A stretch of 64,000 nucleotides of DNA from Octopus vulgaris (Eukaryota), in assembly GCA_951406725.2 (NCBI GenBank), contig OX597824.1, positions 17,918,001 to 17,982,000 on the forward strand, in the 5' to 3' direction. Below the pieces are notes generated by a model, which saw nothing but the letters and a program-made list of their open reading frames with translations, was not told the origin of the DNA and did not search any database. Every line of letters begins with the position of its first letter. Positions within the stretch are counted from its first letter, which is position 1. The position numbers were made by a program, and so were the translations under genes. Below, in pieces: positions 25,780-39,379 of the stretch.

Positions 25780-26240
25780 TTAAGGATTTAATGAGCTTAA
25801 CGTAAAATCTTGATATATATATATAACATATAAACAGTAGTTTGGCAACCATCGTACTGCTTTGAACGAATGTCTTATAGCACTTAGTCGCAAAAGTTTA
25901 TGTTCAGGTATCCAGTCCAGTTTAAGACGACATTTTGTACAATCATACCAAAACCTAGCTATCTCTCTATCTGTCTGTCTAAGACGAAATAACCAACAGA
26001 ATCTCCTACCCAATTTGATACCTAGAATCTTTGAAAAATTTCAATAAGGAGGTTATACTTCTCAAATTCATTTATAAAGTCTTAGATATTTAGTCACAAA
26101 ATCTGATTTAAGTAGGAGCTAAAGCCTTCTCAAATCAAAACTCGCTGCCTTTATGGAAATATAGATCACGCTGCGTAAAAGCACAGATATCGTGTGTGAA
26201 AATAAGATAAGGTGATTAAGGTGTAAATTCTTTGATGTAG
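25780..26240 (-). mobile_element. Highly degraded LINE 3' region, possibly RTE
   Basis: LDWIPEHK resembles an RTE C-terminal motif; little else is recognisable. Confidence 0.3.
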
Positions 26241-26347
26241 TCTGTGTGATCAGAGCAGATATAATCAATGTAAGTACGAATGATTCAATTATCCTTACAT
26301 GCAACTATTCACAATTACACGCACACATGGAAACACATATGCAAGCG

Positions 26348-26410
<63 letters not shown>

Positions 26411-26574
26411 GAAGAGGAAGCGGGGAGAGAGATAGATAGATACATACGTATACATATATATGCATGTATATAAGAGTATATAAATGCATAAATGCATATA
26501 TATATATATATATGTATATGTATATGTATATATTCGTATATGTATATATATATATATTCGAATATATATAGAGA

Positions 26575-26576
26575 GG

Positions 26577-26674
<98 letters not shown>

Positions 26675-26685
26675 CATACATACAT
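26575..26685. repeat. (AGAT)n microsatellite
   Basis: Direct reading. Confidence 0.95.
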
Positions 26686-26738
26686 TTTCTAAACATCCTG
26701 TCAACACCTCAAATGTAAAATTCTCCAATGGAAAATTC

Positions 26739-26830
26739 TGCCCTGAAGACGGAGGCTGTGTTATCCAATACTGGATCTAAGTCACTATCATTATTCCAGA
26801 CCACCAAGCCCCCAGAAACAGTTATTGGAC
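26739..26830 (+). ncRNA. Hammerhead-like motif with long stem II, in a probable Penelope-type 3' fragment (about 26690-27045)
   Basis: CTGAAGA-c-GGaGGCT...AGCCcCC-a-GAAA-cagtta; stem I is weak; the fragment ends at a TA-rich microsatellite. Confidence 0.38.
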
Positions 26831-27059
26831 CCTTAAAACTCTACCCGTTTCACTCTTGATATCATTCATAATCTGTAAGTCAGATTATTTTATCTTACGT
26901 TTTTTCAGTTAAATATACTTAATATTCTGTGTAAATCGACTTCTTGAATTTGCTTGTCATTACATTTACTCATCTACCGTCTCATGTTCAAATGACTTGA
27001 GCACTTCGAAGTGGATTCTATATAGAGAACACCTGTCTCTAACCTAATATGTATGTATG

Positions 27060-27138
<79 letters not shown>

Positions 27139-27512
27139 TAGATATGTATGTAATATATATACATATATATATTACATACGTACTTGTGTACATAATACAT
27201 ACATACATACCAGTTACATTCATACACATCTATTCACATAAGTAGAAGTATAAAGAAAAGAAGAAATTTAAAGATGCATTTAGCGTGCTTAAGAAGAGTT
27301 CATCCTTTTCGGCAGTTCTGTAAAATAGAGGTACCTGACGTCGAAACACGTACGGCGTAGATGCAAATGCCTACATTTTTTAGTGACGTTTGTAGTCATA
27401 AACATTTAGATCTATACTCATATACGTTTATAGATAGATGGACAGACAGACAGGCAAGCTGACAGACAGAGAGACAGATAGATGGATAGATAGACAGATA
27501 GATAGATGGATG

Positions 27513-27584
<72 letters not shown>

Positions 27585-27585
<1 letters not shown>

Positions 27586-28920
27586 GTTTCTTTATTGGCC
27601 ACACAGGGCTGCACACAGATGGGACAAGTTACAAGGTAGAGCTTTTCTTTTGGGGGATGAAGAGAACAAAAAACAAAAGAAAAAAAGGGGGTGGCGTAGG
27701 TTTTCGATAAAGAGGGATCGTAAAAGGGAAGAAAAGAACAAAAACAAAAAAAAATTGAATAAAATGAAAAGAATAAAAAGAAAAAAAAAGAAGAGGAAAA
27801 GGAACAAAAGGAAAGAGAAATGAAAAAAGAAGAAAAAAGGGGAAAAAAAGGGGAAGAGGAAAAAAAAGAACGATCAATAGGGATCGTGTATCACAGTGTT
27901 ATGATATATGGTGTAAAGGGGAAAGCAAGTAAGGTTTATCCGTGGGAAGAAAAGCCTACGAAAAAGACCACGGTAACCTTGGTCAATATTGTTATATGTT
28001 ACCACATTTGTTTGCAAGTGGGTAACCCTCTGTTTTCAATTTCTGGGTTCATAGGATTATGCTCAAGGTGGCTTCGTCATTCATACGTGCCATCCTTGCT
28101 ACATTCACCCATCTTTTTTTTAAACATTCGCTAGACAAAACTTGCCTCTCTACTCTCACTTTCCTTTTCAAGTGGTACTTGAAGAAGTTGATGAGAGATT
28201 GACCAGAGAGGAAAGTGTTTGTCTCCAATCCTTTCAGACGCGTCCACCAGATACATTCTTTCGCCATAGCCACAAGGATGATGAAAATAGCTCTTCCTTC
28301 CCGTTTGAAGGAAGGAGGCGTGACAATATTGACGATAGACTCAGCTGATAAACCGACTCGTCCCACACGTGACAGCAGTTGTTCGACATAAGCCCACAGG
28401 TCGGAAATTGTTGGACACTGCACGAGTGCGTGCAGAACAGTTTCGTCGCTCTGACTGCATCTCGGGCAGGTCGGCCCCGTGTTTCTCAAGCCGTGTCTGT
28501 AGAGCTTATCCCGAACGGGTAGCGCTTCTCGGTAGCACTGCCAGGCCAGGGATCTCTGGAAGTTTTCCATGGGCCCTGGCCCGAAAGTCGTCCTGAACAG
28601 GCGGGCCAGGTACTCCTCGTCGACGTCCAGGTTCGCCCCGAGCTCGTCGTCGTACCTCCCCTCCACTAATCCCCTATAGAATGCTTTGGTTGTGTTGAAG
28701 TCACTCAAGGTCGACCCGGGACGGCAGAGTTGCTTGAGAGCAACGCGACACTCGCGGTGCCAATCGCCCTTCCTCGGCCTCGTTTTGATCCACGACTGAA
28801 GTTCGGTCATGGAGACGAGCTGCGGGAAAGCGTGCCTCACAAACGGCGACCACACCTGTTCACCGTCGTCTTCATAGAGCCAGAGATGTCGCAGTCTCAG
28901 CGCGTGTCTGCGCATCATCA
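27585..28920 (-). mobile_element. 5'-truncated Tx1/L1-clade LINE
   Basis: GC-rich ORF end plus pyrimidine-rich 3' UTR ending AATAAAGAAAC; GATA repeats on both flanks. Confidence 0.9.
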
Positions 28921-28921
28921 T
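28049..28921 (-). CDS. C-terminal part of LINE ORF2 with zf-RVT (CCHC) domain; transposon-derived and 5'-truncated
   Basis: Uninterrupted 290 codons containing AW...EALPVRDKL...CPRC...ETVLHALVQC...W...IWWTR, the L1/Tx1 zf-RVT signature. Confidence 0.88.
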   Translation of the reverse strand: MMMRRHALRLRHLWLYEDDGEQVWSPFVRHAFPQLVSMTELQSWIKTRPRKGDWHRECRVALKQLCRPGSTLSDFNTTKAFYRGLVEGRYDDELGANLDVDEEYLARLFRTTFGPGPMENFQRSLAWQCYREALPVRDKLYRHGLRNTGPTCPRCSQSDETVLHALVQCPTISDLWAYVEQLLSRVGRVGLSAESIVNIVTPPSFKREGRAIFIILVAMAKECIWWTRLKGLETNTFLSGQSLINFFKYHLKRKVRVERQVLSSECLKKRWVNVARMARMNDEATLSIIL

Positions 28922-28930
28922 AGATAGAAA

Positions 28931-29160
28931 GGCGGTGAGTTGGTAGAATCGTTAGCACGCCGGGCGAAATGCTAGGCTGTATTTCGTCTGCCGTTACGTT
29001 CTGAGTTCAAATTCCGCTGTGGTTGACTTTGCCTTTCATCCTTTCGGGGTCGATAAATTAAGTACCAGTTACGCACCGGGGTCGATGTAATCGACTTAAT
29101 CCGTTTGTGTGTCCTTGTTTGTCTCCTCTGTGTTTAGCCTCTTGTGGGTAGAAAAGAAAT
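28931..29160 (+). mobile_element. Full-length SINE-B followed by (AGAT)n
   Basis: Head ggcggtgagttggtagaatcg through tail aaagaaata. Confidence 0.92.
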
Positions 29161-29166
29161 AGATAT

Positions 29167-29207
<41 letters not shown>

Positions 29208-29289
29208 CAGACAGGATACTACTGATTTAAAATATTCTTGAATACTTAAAGAGAGCAAGCTTATCGTGGAAGGCATTTACGTGCCAGAC

Positions 29290-29620
29290 ACTTGAATGGC
29301 AAATTTCAACCTGCGCTGCTATACGTAAGTGCTATGTGGTGTACTACGAAGCTGAAAGAACCTTGACTAACTACGGTGCTAGGGGGCGTAGAAATATTCC
29401 TGCTTGGAATACTATTTCGAGATAATATCCAAAATGAGATACTACGAGTGTTGAGTGAAGTGAACGACGTCATTGCAGAATAACGAAAGCACAAGTACCG
29501 CTGGACCAAACATCTCGCAATATTCACAGACAACAGTTGCACTTGATGGAAGTTATCAAGGAGATTGGAAAAGGCCACTGAGCAGGCCTCATTAACGATG
29601 GGAATATGATATGGTTAAAT
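29290..29620 (+). mobile_element. Old RTE LINE 3' remnant
   Basis: PALLYVSAMW...LLGILFRDNIQNEILR...YRWTKHLAIFTDN resembles the RTE pattern LYasEtW...i.nE.iR...RWagHvaR. Confidence 0.65.
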
Positions 29621-29750
29621 GATTTGGGACAAGAGCGAAAAGAATACTGCAATCAAGAAAGAATTAGAAGTACATTCTAACCAGGGATGTATATTAGCAT
29701 CACATGATCTGGTGGATACTGTGACACAGTGATATAATACACATATATAA

Positions 29751-29981
29751 GGCGGCGAGCTGGCAGAACCGTTAGCACGCCGGGCGAAATGCGTAGCCGT
29801 ATTTCGTCAGCCGTTACGTTCTGAGTTCAAATTCCGCCGAGGTCGACTTTGCCTTTCATCCTTTCGGGGTCGATAAATTAACTACCAGTTACGCACCGGA
29901 GTCGATGTAATCGACTTAATCCCTTCGTCTGTCCTTGTTTGTCCCCCTCTATGTTTAGCCCCTTGTGGCTAATAAAGAAAC
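29751..29981 (+). mobile_element. Full-length SINE-B
   Basis: Close to the other full-length copies; TSD-like gatataatac(a/g)cat on both sides. Confidence 0.93.
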
Positions 29982-30621
29982 AGATATAATACGCATGTTT
30001 AACGAATAAGTTTAATAACTCTTGTGGGGATATGAGAGTTCCGGACAAAATGCAGTGTATGTAGAGTTCAAATCTTGCTGAAGTGAATATTAACCACTTA
30101 GTTTTATTCAAAGGGGTAATAACATACGTGTCATGTTTAATCTCAGATCGATGAATTTGAAGTGAAACGTCGTTTTTAACATCAATAAGAGACAAAGAAG
30201 CAGAGAAAGACAAATAAGCTGGGTCTATAACTTATCAAATTTACTTAGTTATCTGTCTTATTTTCGACAATTGTCTTCGAAGTTTCAAATCGATACACTC
30301 CATGAAGAAGTTTTAGCAAAAGTTGAAGATGGTAAGTTTCATGCACATATTCTTGCACACTGCTAGTCTTTCAGTCAGTAGCGTGTGACATTCTTACTTT
30401 TCAATAGTGTTCTCATGCAGATGGTTGAAGATTATCTCGTAAGCTATAATTCCTTTAAATGTGACGACCTACGGTGTGCATAGTTCAATTTTTTTCATTA
30501 ATGAAAGATGGATGATACGTATGTTGTCTACGATGCTATATATTGCAAACAAAACAAACCTTGCGAGCAAAACCCTGTTAAAAATCTCATATAACTATAT
30601 ATATACATGCATGCATATATA

Positions 30622-30682
<61 letters not shown>

Positions 30683-30963
30683 AGAAAACATATTTATTCA
30701 TTCTCTTGTTTATCTTATCATTTACATTTTCTCCATGATTTCATTTGATTCCAAGATTTTTTTTCTTCTTTTTACAAATAAACAGATAGAACATTTAAGC
30801 ACTATAAGTTACAAACAATATCAGAAACGCAATACCTACATACATACATACATACATACATACATACATACATACATACATACATACATACATACATACA
30901 TACATTCATATATACATGCAATATGTATGTGTATGTGCGTGTACATACGTACATATATAAAAA

Positions 30964-31024
<61 letters not shown>

Positions 31025-31035
31025 ATATATATGTA

Positions 31036-31095
<60 letters not shown>

Positions 31096-31573
31096 AACAA
31101 AAAACACGAAAGAAAGAAAGAAATGCCGCCAAATTTACAAAAGAAAGTAAAAAAGAAACGCGATATCAAAAATGCACGCGTAAAAATCTTATCGCATCAA
31201 TAGTGTAAGGAATGGACTCGTATCAAGCTTGAAATATCATTCTCTGTGCAACAGTTAGTTTGAACGTCAATAAGCACATATTCTGTTCAATGGATTCTTT
31301 TCAGATGTTAACGTTAGATTTATGAAACACGTTTCATTTTCATTTGTTCCTGTCAAAATGTTTGTATTTACCAGGTTTTATTGATCTATCTACACAGTCT
31401 AGAGCGCATTTTTGTTTTGCCTTGTTGTTATTCTTCGTCACACAGAAGATCATTTATACACATACAATATGATGCGCATACATATATACATTCATATATA
31501 CATACATACATGTATATGTATTCATACATATATAAATATATATATATATATGTGATTATAGAGGTATAGCTAC

Positions 31574-31627
<54 letters not shown>

Positions 31628-31765
31628 GTATGTATATGCATAATTTCGTGTTGCACAAGAAAGTTTGCATCAATTCCGTGATAATGCCTATATACAATTT
31701 AGTCTTTAGAAATGTTTTTGGATGTTTAGTATGTCCATAATAATACAATACACGCATATATATAA

Positions 31766-31838
<73 letters not shown>

Positions 31839-32446
31839 TATATTGATGGAGGTGTACAGTGTTTGCATGAATGATTACATCTGTTTCAAACAAATGTGTA
31901 GAACCATCCTCTCGAAGCATAATCACGAATGGTAGGTTTTTATACCAGGTCTGTATACAAAAAGGAACTGAGATTCTGCGAAAACATTGGCATTTACATG
32001 ACATTGCATATTGCCTGTCTTTAACCGCCGTTGGCTTACTACATTGAAGAAAACGAACATACGATATAAAACATAAATAAATCAGAAATCTTAACAGCAG
32101 GAACAACGAATAAATACAAAATTTGAATAAGAGAGAGAGCATAGAAATATGATGTGGAAGAGAAATAAATGTTAACGGAATAAAAATAGCGTCTGGGTAT
32201 CACAACAGTGCCATACCAATGATTGTATACTGTAAAGTCTATTCCATAGAAATTTTGGAATAATTATTTTTGCTGCTGTTGTTGTTGTTGTTGTTGTTGT
32301 TGTTGTATATTAGACATAGTTTATGATGTTAGGTGCTGGTGTTCGGTTTCATAGAGAGAGTCCTGACGGTAATTATAGACGCGTTTTAAAGTTGAAGAGG
32401 AGAGGAAAGAAATTAAATTATAAAAAAAGGATGAAAAACATATTTA

Positions 32447-32494
<48 letters not shown>

Positions 32495-32495
<1 letters not shown>

Positions 32496-32622
32496 GGCTC
32501 CGTGTTCAGTCCCACTGTGTGGCATCTTGGGCGAGTCTCTTCAACTATAGCCTCGGGCCGACCAAAGCCTTGTGAGTGGATTTGGTAGACGGAAACTCAA
32601 AGAAGCCGGTTGTATATATGTA

Positions 32623-32708
<86 letters not shown>

Positions 32709-32815
32709 CGTGTGTGTTTGTGTCTGTGTTTGTCCCCCTAGCTTTGCTTGACAACCGATGCTGGTGTTTTTTCCGTAACTTAGTGGTTCGGCATAAGAGA
32801 CCGATAGAATAAGTA
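32495..32815 (+). mobile_element. Partial SINE-A with expanded internal (TA)n(TG)n
   Basis: gttcagtcccactg...gtagacggaaact...gaccgatagaataagta. Confidence 0.85.
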
Positions 32816-33024
32816 TATATGCACGAGAGTATGTGTGTGTATGTGTGTGAGTGTGTCTTCCTGTATGAATATCTAGCTGTCTGTGTGTCTATCCGTCCGT
32901 CTGTCTCTCTATCTTTCTGTCTGTCTGCCCCCTCTCTCTCTCTCCCTATGTATGTATATGTACATGCATGTCTGTGTGCACGAGCGTGTGTACAGCAGGC
33001 TAATTTGGGGTTCATTCTCATACC

Positions 33025-33145
33025 TATTTCTTTACTACCCACAAGGGGCTAAACACAGAGGGGGACAAGCAAGGACAGAGAAACGGATTAAGTCGATTAT
33101 ATTGACCCTAGTGTTTCACTGGTACTTATTTAATCAACCCAAAAG
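33025..33145 (-). mobile_element. 5'-truncated SINE-B
   Basis: tatttctttactacccacaaggggct...ggtacttatttaatc. Confidence 0.82.
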
Positions 33146-33529
33146 AGATTTATTTCAGTTTGATGTGATTATCTGTCTTTCAAACGTCTGCTTCTTTCTT
33201 TAATATAGTGTTTGTATATTTGTTCAGGACCTTTTCATGGTGCATCACAGAAAAATACTGCATAGGTGTACTAAGATAAGCTTGTAGAAAAAAGAAAAAA
33301 ATACTATAAGGTGTGGACCAGAATGAATTTGTGTTTAGAAACCGGATGCAGACAGATATACGATAGGCAAGAAATTACTCATGGAAAGAGATAACAGTGG
33401 ATATAAGGCATTTCTTTACAGAACAACCAGCCAAAGAAATGAATGAAACTCAGGGACATCGCAATATAAACTACGCGGGATTTTATAAAACACTAATTCT
33501 TAAATAAATATTAAGAATTCTTGCACATA

Positions 33530-33691
33530 GGCGCAGGAGTGGCTGTGTGGTAAGTAGCTTGCTAACCAACAACTTGGTTCCGGGTTCAGTCCCACTACGT
33601 GGCTACTTGGGCAAGTGTCTTCTGCTATTGCACCGGGCCGACCAATGCCTTGTGAGTGGATTTGGTAGACGGAAACTGAAAGAAGCCTGTC

Positions 33692-33770
<79 letters not shown>

Positions 33771-33943
33771 TATTTGTCCTCCTAGAATTGCTTGACAACT
33801 GATGCTGGTGTGTTTACGTCCCCGTCACTTAGCGGTTCGGCAAAAGTGACCGATCGAATAAGTACTGGGCTTACAAAGAATAAGTCTCGGTGCTCCAGCA
33901 TGGCCTCAGTCAAATGACTGAAACAAGTAAAAGAGTAAAAGAG
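33530..33943 (+). mobile_element. Near full-length SINE-A
   Basis: Head, internal microsatellite and tail present. Confidence 0.92.
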
Positions 33944-34218
33944 ATACACATTATCAAATATATATATATATATATATATAAACAGTATTGTTTGGAAAGA
34001 TAACATCCAGAGACACATATATGAGTATATAAATGTGCACACACAAATAATTCACCAAGAAAGTACATGACCATGGATGCAAGGATAAACGCATTTACTT
34101 AAATAAAATGCCTCATAAATAAACACACACACACACGCATATATAATGCGACCGCGTGTGTATCGTTGGCGATTTTTTTTTCTCCGTCTTCCTTTCCTTG
34201 GATCTTTCCTCTTCTCAT

Positions 34219-34254
34219 GTTTCTGACGAAGAGCTCTGCTCGAAACGTTAAATC
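34219..34254 (+). ncRNA. Minimal hammerhead ribozyme-like motif with canonical core, in a short element (about 34180-34325)
   Basis: gttt-CTGACGA-A-GAGC-tct-GCTC-GAAA-CGTTA-aatc; palindromic AACGTT at stem III. Confidence 0.62.
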
Positions 34255-34342
34255 CTCCTTCTTTCTTTCCTTTCCTGAGCGTCCAATAATACTATACTTG
34301 TTCCACGTCCTCTCTTTGTATTTTCATGTTTGGATTAACTAT

Positions 34343-34620
<278 letters not shown>

Positions 34621-34899
34621 TCGTCATCGTTCCTTAGTTTCTCTACTACATTCAAATATTTGTGTTTTTTTAATGCATTTGAGATTGCATGTCTGGAAGC
34701 ATGTAGATTTACGTACGTAATTAATATTCTGTTGTCCCTTTCACAAAAGAACAATGGTACAGTTAATATAAAGTGTTTTGTTTTAGTCTTTCCATATTAT
34801 AAGTTCCAGTAGCATCTTAGAATTCTCTCTGAGATGCAGTAGTTTCTAACCAACGTCTTTCCTTGTAACATACAACCGTTATGCGTTAGGCTTGTATAA

Positions 34900-35600
34900 T
34901 ACGTGGTGCGGCTTTATATTAGACTTCTCGTATTGCAGTCTGTGGAATCTAGATCCGTTGCTTACAGTTCCATATGTTATAACTGGCCAGCAGTGCAAAT
35001 GACAACTTGTATTCTTCGTATGGAGATGAGTATTAAAACCATTTCAACTCTGTCAATATATGCAGTTTTCATTTGCATTCGCCGAACTTTTGCAAATACA
35101 TAGAATTTTTACCGTCTTACATGACAAAAGATTTGTCGAAAGTGGACTTTTGTAGTTCCTCTACTATCTCCTATTCTTGAATTTCTAGATCATTCTGCTC
35201 ATGTTTCCAGTCTGCCTTTTTTTACATTATGGTAGTGTTTTTAGTTTGGTGTGTTTTTTTTTCATTTTCACGCTTCAAATAAATTTTTGATATCGTGACT
35301 GTTTGACTTAACTCTACTCAGATATATATTTTGCCATCGCTCATTATATCTCATTATGATGATAAATTCACCACGCATTATCGTAGAAACATCGAACATG
35401 TTAAGTGTGACATCAGCTTTAGCAGTCGTGTCTCTGCTTTAGCTGCTATGAAAATGATCTGCCTTCCTGCTGCTGTGAAAAGGACCTTCGTAGCTGCTGC
35501 TGTTGAAGTTCCCAATCGGTCACGTGTCCCAAAATGCGTACTCCAAATCAAGTAGATTCGGCCCCAAATTTACACTTTCGCTTACCTAGTGGTGTCTTGC
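34900..35600 (-). mobile_element. Possible degraded LINE APE-endonuclease remnant
   Basis: IGNFN (compare GDFN) near 35510; otherwise weak. Confidence 0.28.
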
Positions 35601-35625
35601 TATTTTAATATTAGCTATATGTTTA

Positions 35626-36400
35626 AGGCTGTGAGTTGGCAGAAACGTTAGCACGCCGCGCGAAAAGCTTGGCAGTATTTCGTCTGCTGTTACGGTCTGA
35701 GTTCTAATTCCGCCGAGGTCGACTTTGCCTTTTATCCTTTCAGGGTCGATTAAATAAGTACCAGTTACGCACTGGGGTAAATATAATTGACTTAATACGT
35801 GTGTCTGTCCTTGTTTGTCCTCTCTATGTTTAGTCTGAGTTCAAATTCCACCGAGGTCGATTTTACGTTTCATCCTTTCGGGGTCGATTAAATAAATACT
35901 AGTTACGCACTGGGGTCGATATAATCGACTTAATCCATATGTCTGTTCTTGTTTGTCCTCTCTGTGCTTAGCCCCTTGTGGGTAGTAAAGAAATAGGTAT
36001 TTCATCTGTCGCTACGTTCTGAGTTCAAATTCCACCGAGGTCAACTTTGCCTTTCATCATTTTGGCTTCAATAAATTAAGTACCAGTTCCCTACTGGGGT
36101 CGATCTAGTCGACTGGCACCCTCCTCCAAAATTTCGGGCCTTTTGCCTAGAGTAGAAAAGAATATTAATTATATGTTTCAAGGTCGGCATGAGCTGACCG
36201 AACTGTGAACACACCGGACAAATGCTTGACCGTATTTTCTCCGTCTTCACATTCTGAGATCAAATTCCACTGGGCTTACCGCAGCCTTTCATACTTTCAG
36301 GTCCCGTAAAATAAGTACTAGTGAAATACTGGGATCGATGCTATCGACTTCCCCCTCGCCTCAAAAATTGCTGCTCTTGTGCTAAAACTGCAAGCCATTA
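35626..36400 (+). mobile_element. SINE-B array: B1-B1-B2 multimer plus an older B3-tailed copy
   Basis: Four central domains; junction aaagaaata|ggtatttc near 35996. Confidence 0.88.
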
Positions 36401-36975
36401 TTATTTATTTGTTTGAAAATCAAAACCATAAACTCTTCCAAAATCACTGTATTAACGCATACGCACACAGGTATGTTCTCTAGAAAAGATCACGTTCTCT
36501 CACAAAACACATAGCTATATAGTAGCTATTGTGATATTCACATGCACATTGTTTGCGAACGTTCTATGTAAGAAAAGCACGCAGATTTTTTTTTTAAATA
36601 CAACAGTTTCTCACACGCGTAAAGTGAGGACTTTAACAATTTATCCATAAGACTCCATGTTTAAAAAAAATATTATAATCAGTTCCTGTTTTCGAAATAC
36701 GTGTAAATCTCTTAGTTGGCCTGTATTAAGAGACAGTACGAACGGAACAAAAAAAGGCACAGCAACAACAACAATGATAAACATATGTATAGAGAAAGAG
36801 AACCAGAAATAAATTTACAAAATAAAATGAAATTAAGAAACTGTAATATATTAAGACTCCTTAACCCCAAAGATGTAAGAATTTGCCAAACATACATCAT
36901 TTGTAACAGAATAAGCGCAAACGCCACATAACATCGTGAAACGATTTCTAAGCGGATTACATATATTTACTTTTA

Positions 36976-36977
<2 letters not shown>

Positions 36978-37035
<58 letters not shown>

Positions 37036-37118
37036 CAATAATAACAATAATAATAATAATAACAACAATAATGATAATAATAATAATGATAATAATAATA
37101 ATGATAATAATAATAATG

Positions 37119-37173
<55 letters not shown>

Positions 37174-37288
37174 CAACAACAATAATAATAATAATAACAA
37201 CAACAATGATAATAATAATAATGATAATAATAATAATAATAATAATAACAACAGCAATAATAATAATAATAATAATAATAACAACAGC

Positions 37289-37320
<32 letters not shown>

Positions 37321-37408
37321 CAATAATAATAATAATAACAATAATAAAAATAATAATAATAACAACAATAACAGTAATAATAACAACAATAACAATAATA
37401 ATAATAAC

Positions 37409-37489
<81 letters not shown>

Positions 37490-37490
37490 A
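36978..37490. repeat. Long (AAT/AAC/GAT)n microsatellite
   Basis: Direct reading. Confidence 0.97.
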
Positions 37491-37736
37491 AGGAGCTAAA
37501 CAACCACAACATGAACTAAAATAAATGTAATAATGTTTATCCTATTCTTTCAAATATTTATTTTCGTACGAGAATGTTTCATTTATTGACTTTTTATGTG
37601 TTTACGATCTTAACAATGAATTATCTGCCTTTTTCCCCTCTTTCTCTCGCCTGTTTAAAGAAACAAAAATTAACAATGTTTCTTCCTTATTTTCTCTGAC
37701 GTGTCGTTGTTTTCTTTTTTTTTTTCATTATTATCA

Positions 37737-37792
<56 letters not shown>

Positions 37793-38529
37793 GCGATATT
37801 TTATTACATTCTTTGTTAAAGTTATTCACTTTTCACTTCACTTCAATCTACATTTAATATCTCATTAGCAATTTTTATTTCGTTTTATTCTTAAAAATCT
37901 TAAAATTATTATCTTGAATTCATTTTCGAATGACCTCTCAGTTTGATTCGTCATATTGTTACGTTTCTTTCTAGTTTTTTTTTTTTTTTTTTTTTAATTA
38001 TTCTTCTCATTTCTAGTAGAATTAATCCAATTTAACCTTTTTGCATATGAAATTTTCAAATTAAATTTTAATTATTGATTTTCCTTTTTCTTCCGCCCAC
38101 CATTATTTGCTAGTCTTTTATTTTCTTTCATTATTTTTTTTTTTTTTCCTGAAAGGAATTTCTGCAATTATCTGTTAAATGGTTTATTATGTTTAGCATT
38201 AAATCCTAAAAATAACAAAGACATATAAAAGCAAAAACAAAAGCGAATAAATACACATTGTTTTAGATACGCGGCAAAAGAAATTATTGCATAATCCGAA
38301 CACTAAAATATACACACATACATACATACATAACACATATATGATTATATATATAAATATATATATGTATGTATGTATAAATGCATGTATGTATTTGTAT
38401 ATGTATAGTGAAAATATCAAGTTGTTAATTGTTAATTAATTAATTATTGAGTACTACTTATTGAATTATTCATTGATCGTAACAACAGCAACCACAATAA
38501 AGCAACTACTGCCACTGCAAACTCTTCTG

Positions 38530-38930
38530 CTACGATTACTACTACTACTACTGCTACTACTACTACTACTACTAATAGTAGTAGTAGTAACAAAAACAAC
38601 GATGATGATGTTGTTGAGGATGCTTTTGACGACGACGACGATGACGATGATGATTATGATGATGATGATGATGATGATGATAACGGGGATTATGACTATG
38701 ATGATGATTATGATGATGATGCTGGCGGTTATGAGCATGATTATGATGATGATGATGGTAGTGATGATGATTATCATCTTCATGACGACTACGATGATTA
38801 TGATTATGATTATGATAATGATAATGATGGTAGTGACGATGCCAGTGATGATGATGATGATGATGGTGATCAGAACGTTGACGACAACGATGTTAGGGAT
38901 AATTACGATGATGACATCATTGACTTCTTT
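38530..38930. repeat. (ACT)n, (AGT)n and degenerate (GAT)n repeats
   Basis: Direct reading; source of the poly-Met ORF. Confidence 0.92.
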
Positions 38931-39379
38931 ATCAGCGAAAATGGCTGCAATAAACGAAAGACAGCATAAGAGTACAGGAAAAAAAATTAGAATCTAGTGG
39001 GAATTGGTTCTGACCGTTAAAAAATGAAGAAAAAAAAAAAGCACAAAAGTGCTACCTAAATCTTTCCCAATAGGGGTGTTAACTGTTTTGGATCAGTCAA
39101 CGAAAATCTCAGGAAACCCACAAAGAAGCCGAAAAATAAATCCTGCGGTCTACAACGCCTTTTCATAGCCTAACGTTGCATGCTCCATATAGGACACTTT
39201 AACAGTGATTTATTCTCTATGTTTCCTTTTATAGAATTTATTGGAAGAGAAACATCTCTCTCTCTCTCTCTCTCTCTCTCTATTTTCTTCCTTCCCTCTT
39301 TCTCCCTATTTCTATTTCTGCCAACTTCCTCCTTTCCAAGTAATTCTCTGAATATTTTGATGAGCGTTTGACCTTTCAA

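Noticed and set aside
31726-32142. Cys-containing minus-strand ORF (KPTAVKDRQYAMSCKCQC...) as an exon
   Set aside because: Several alternative acceptors, only weak donors and no homology.
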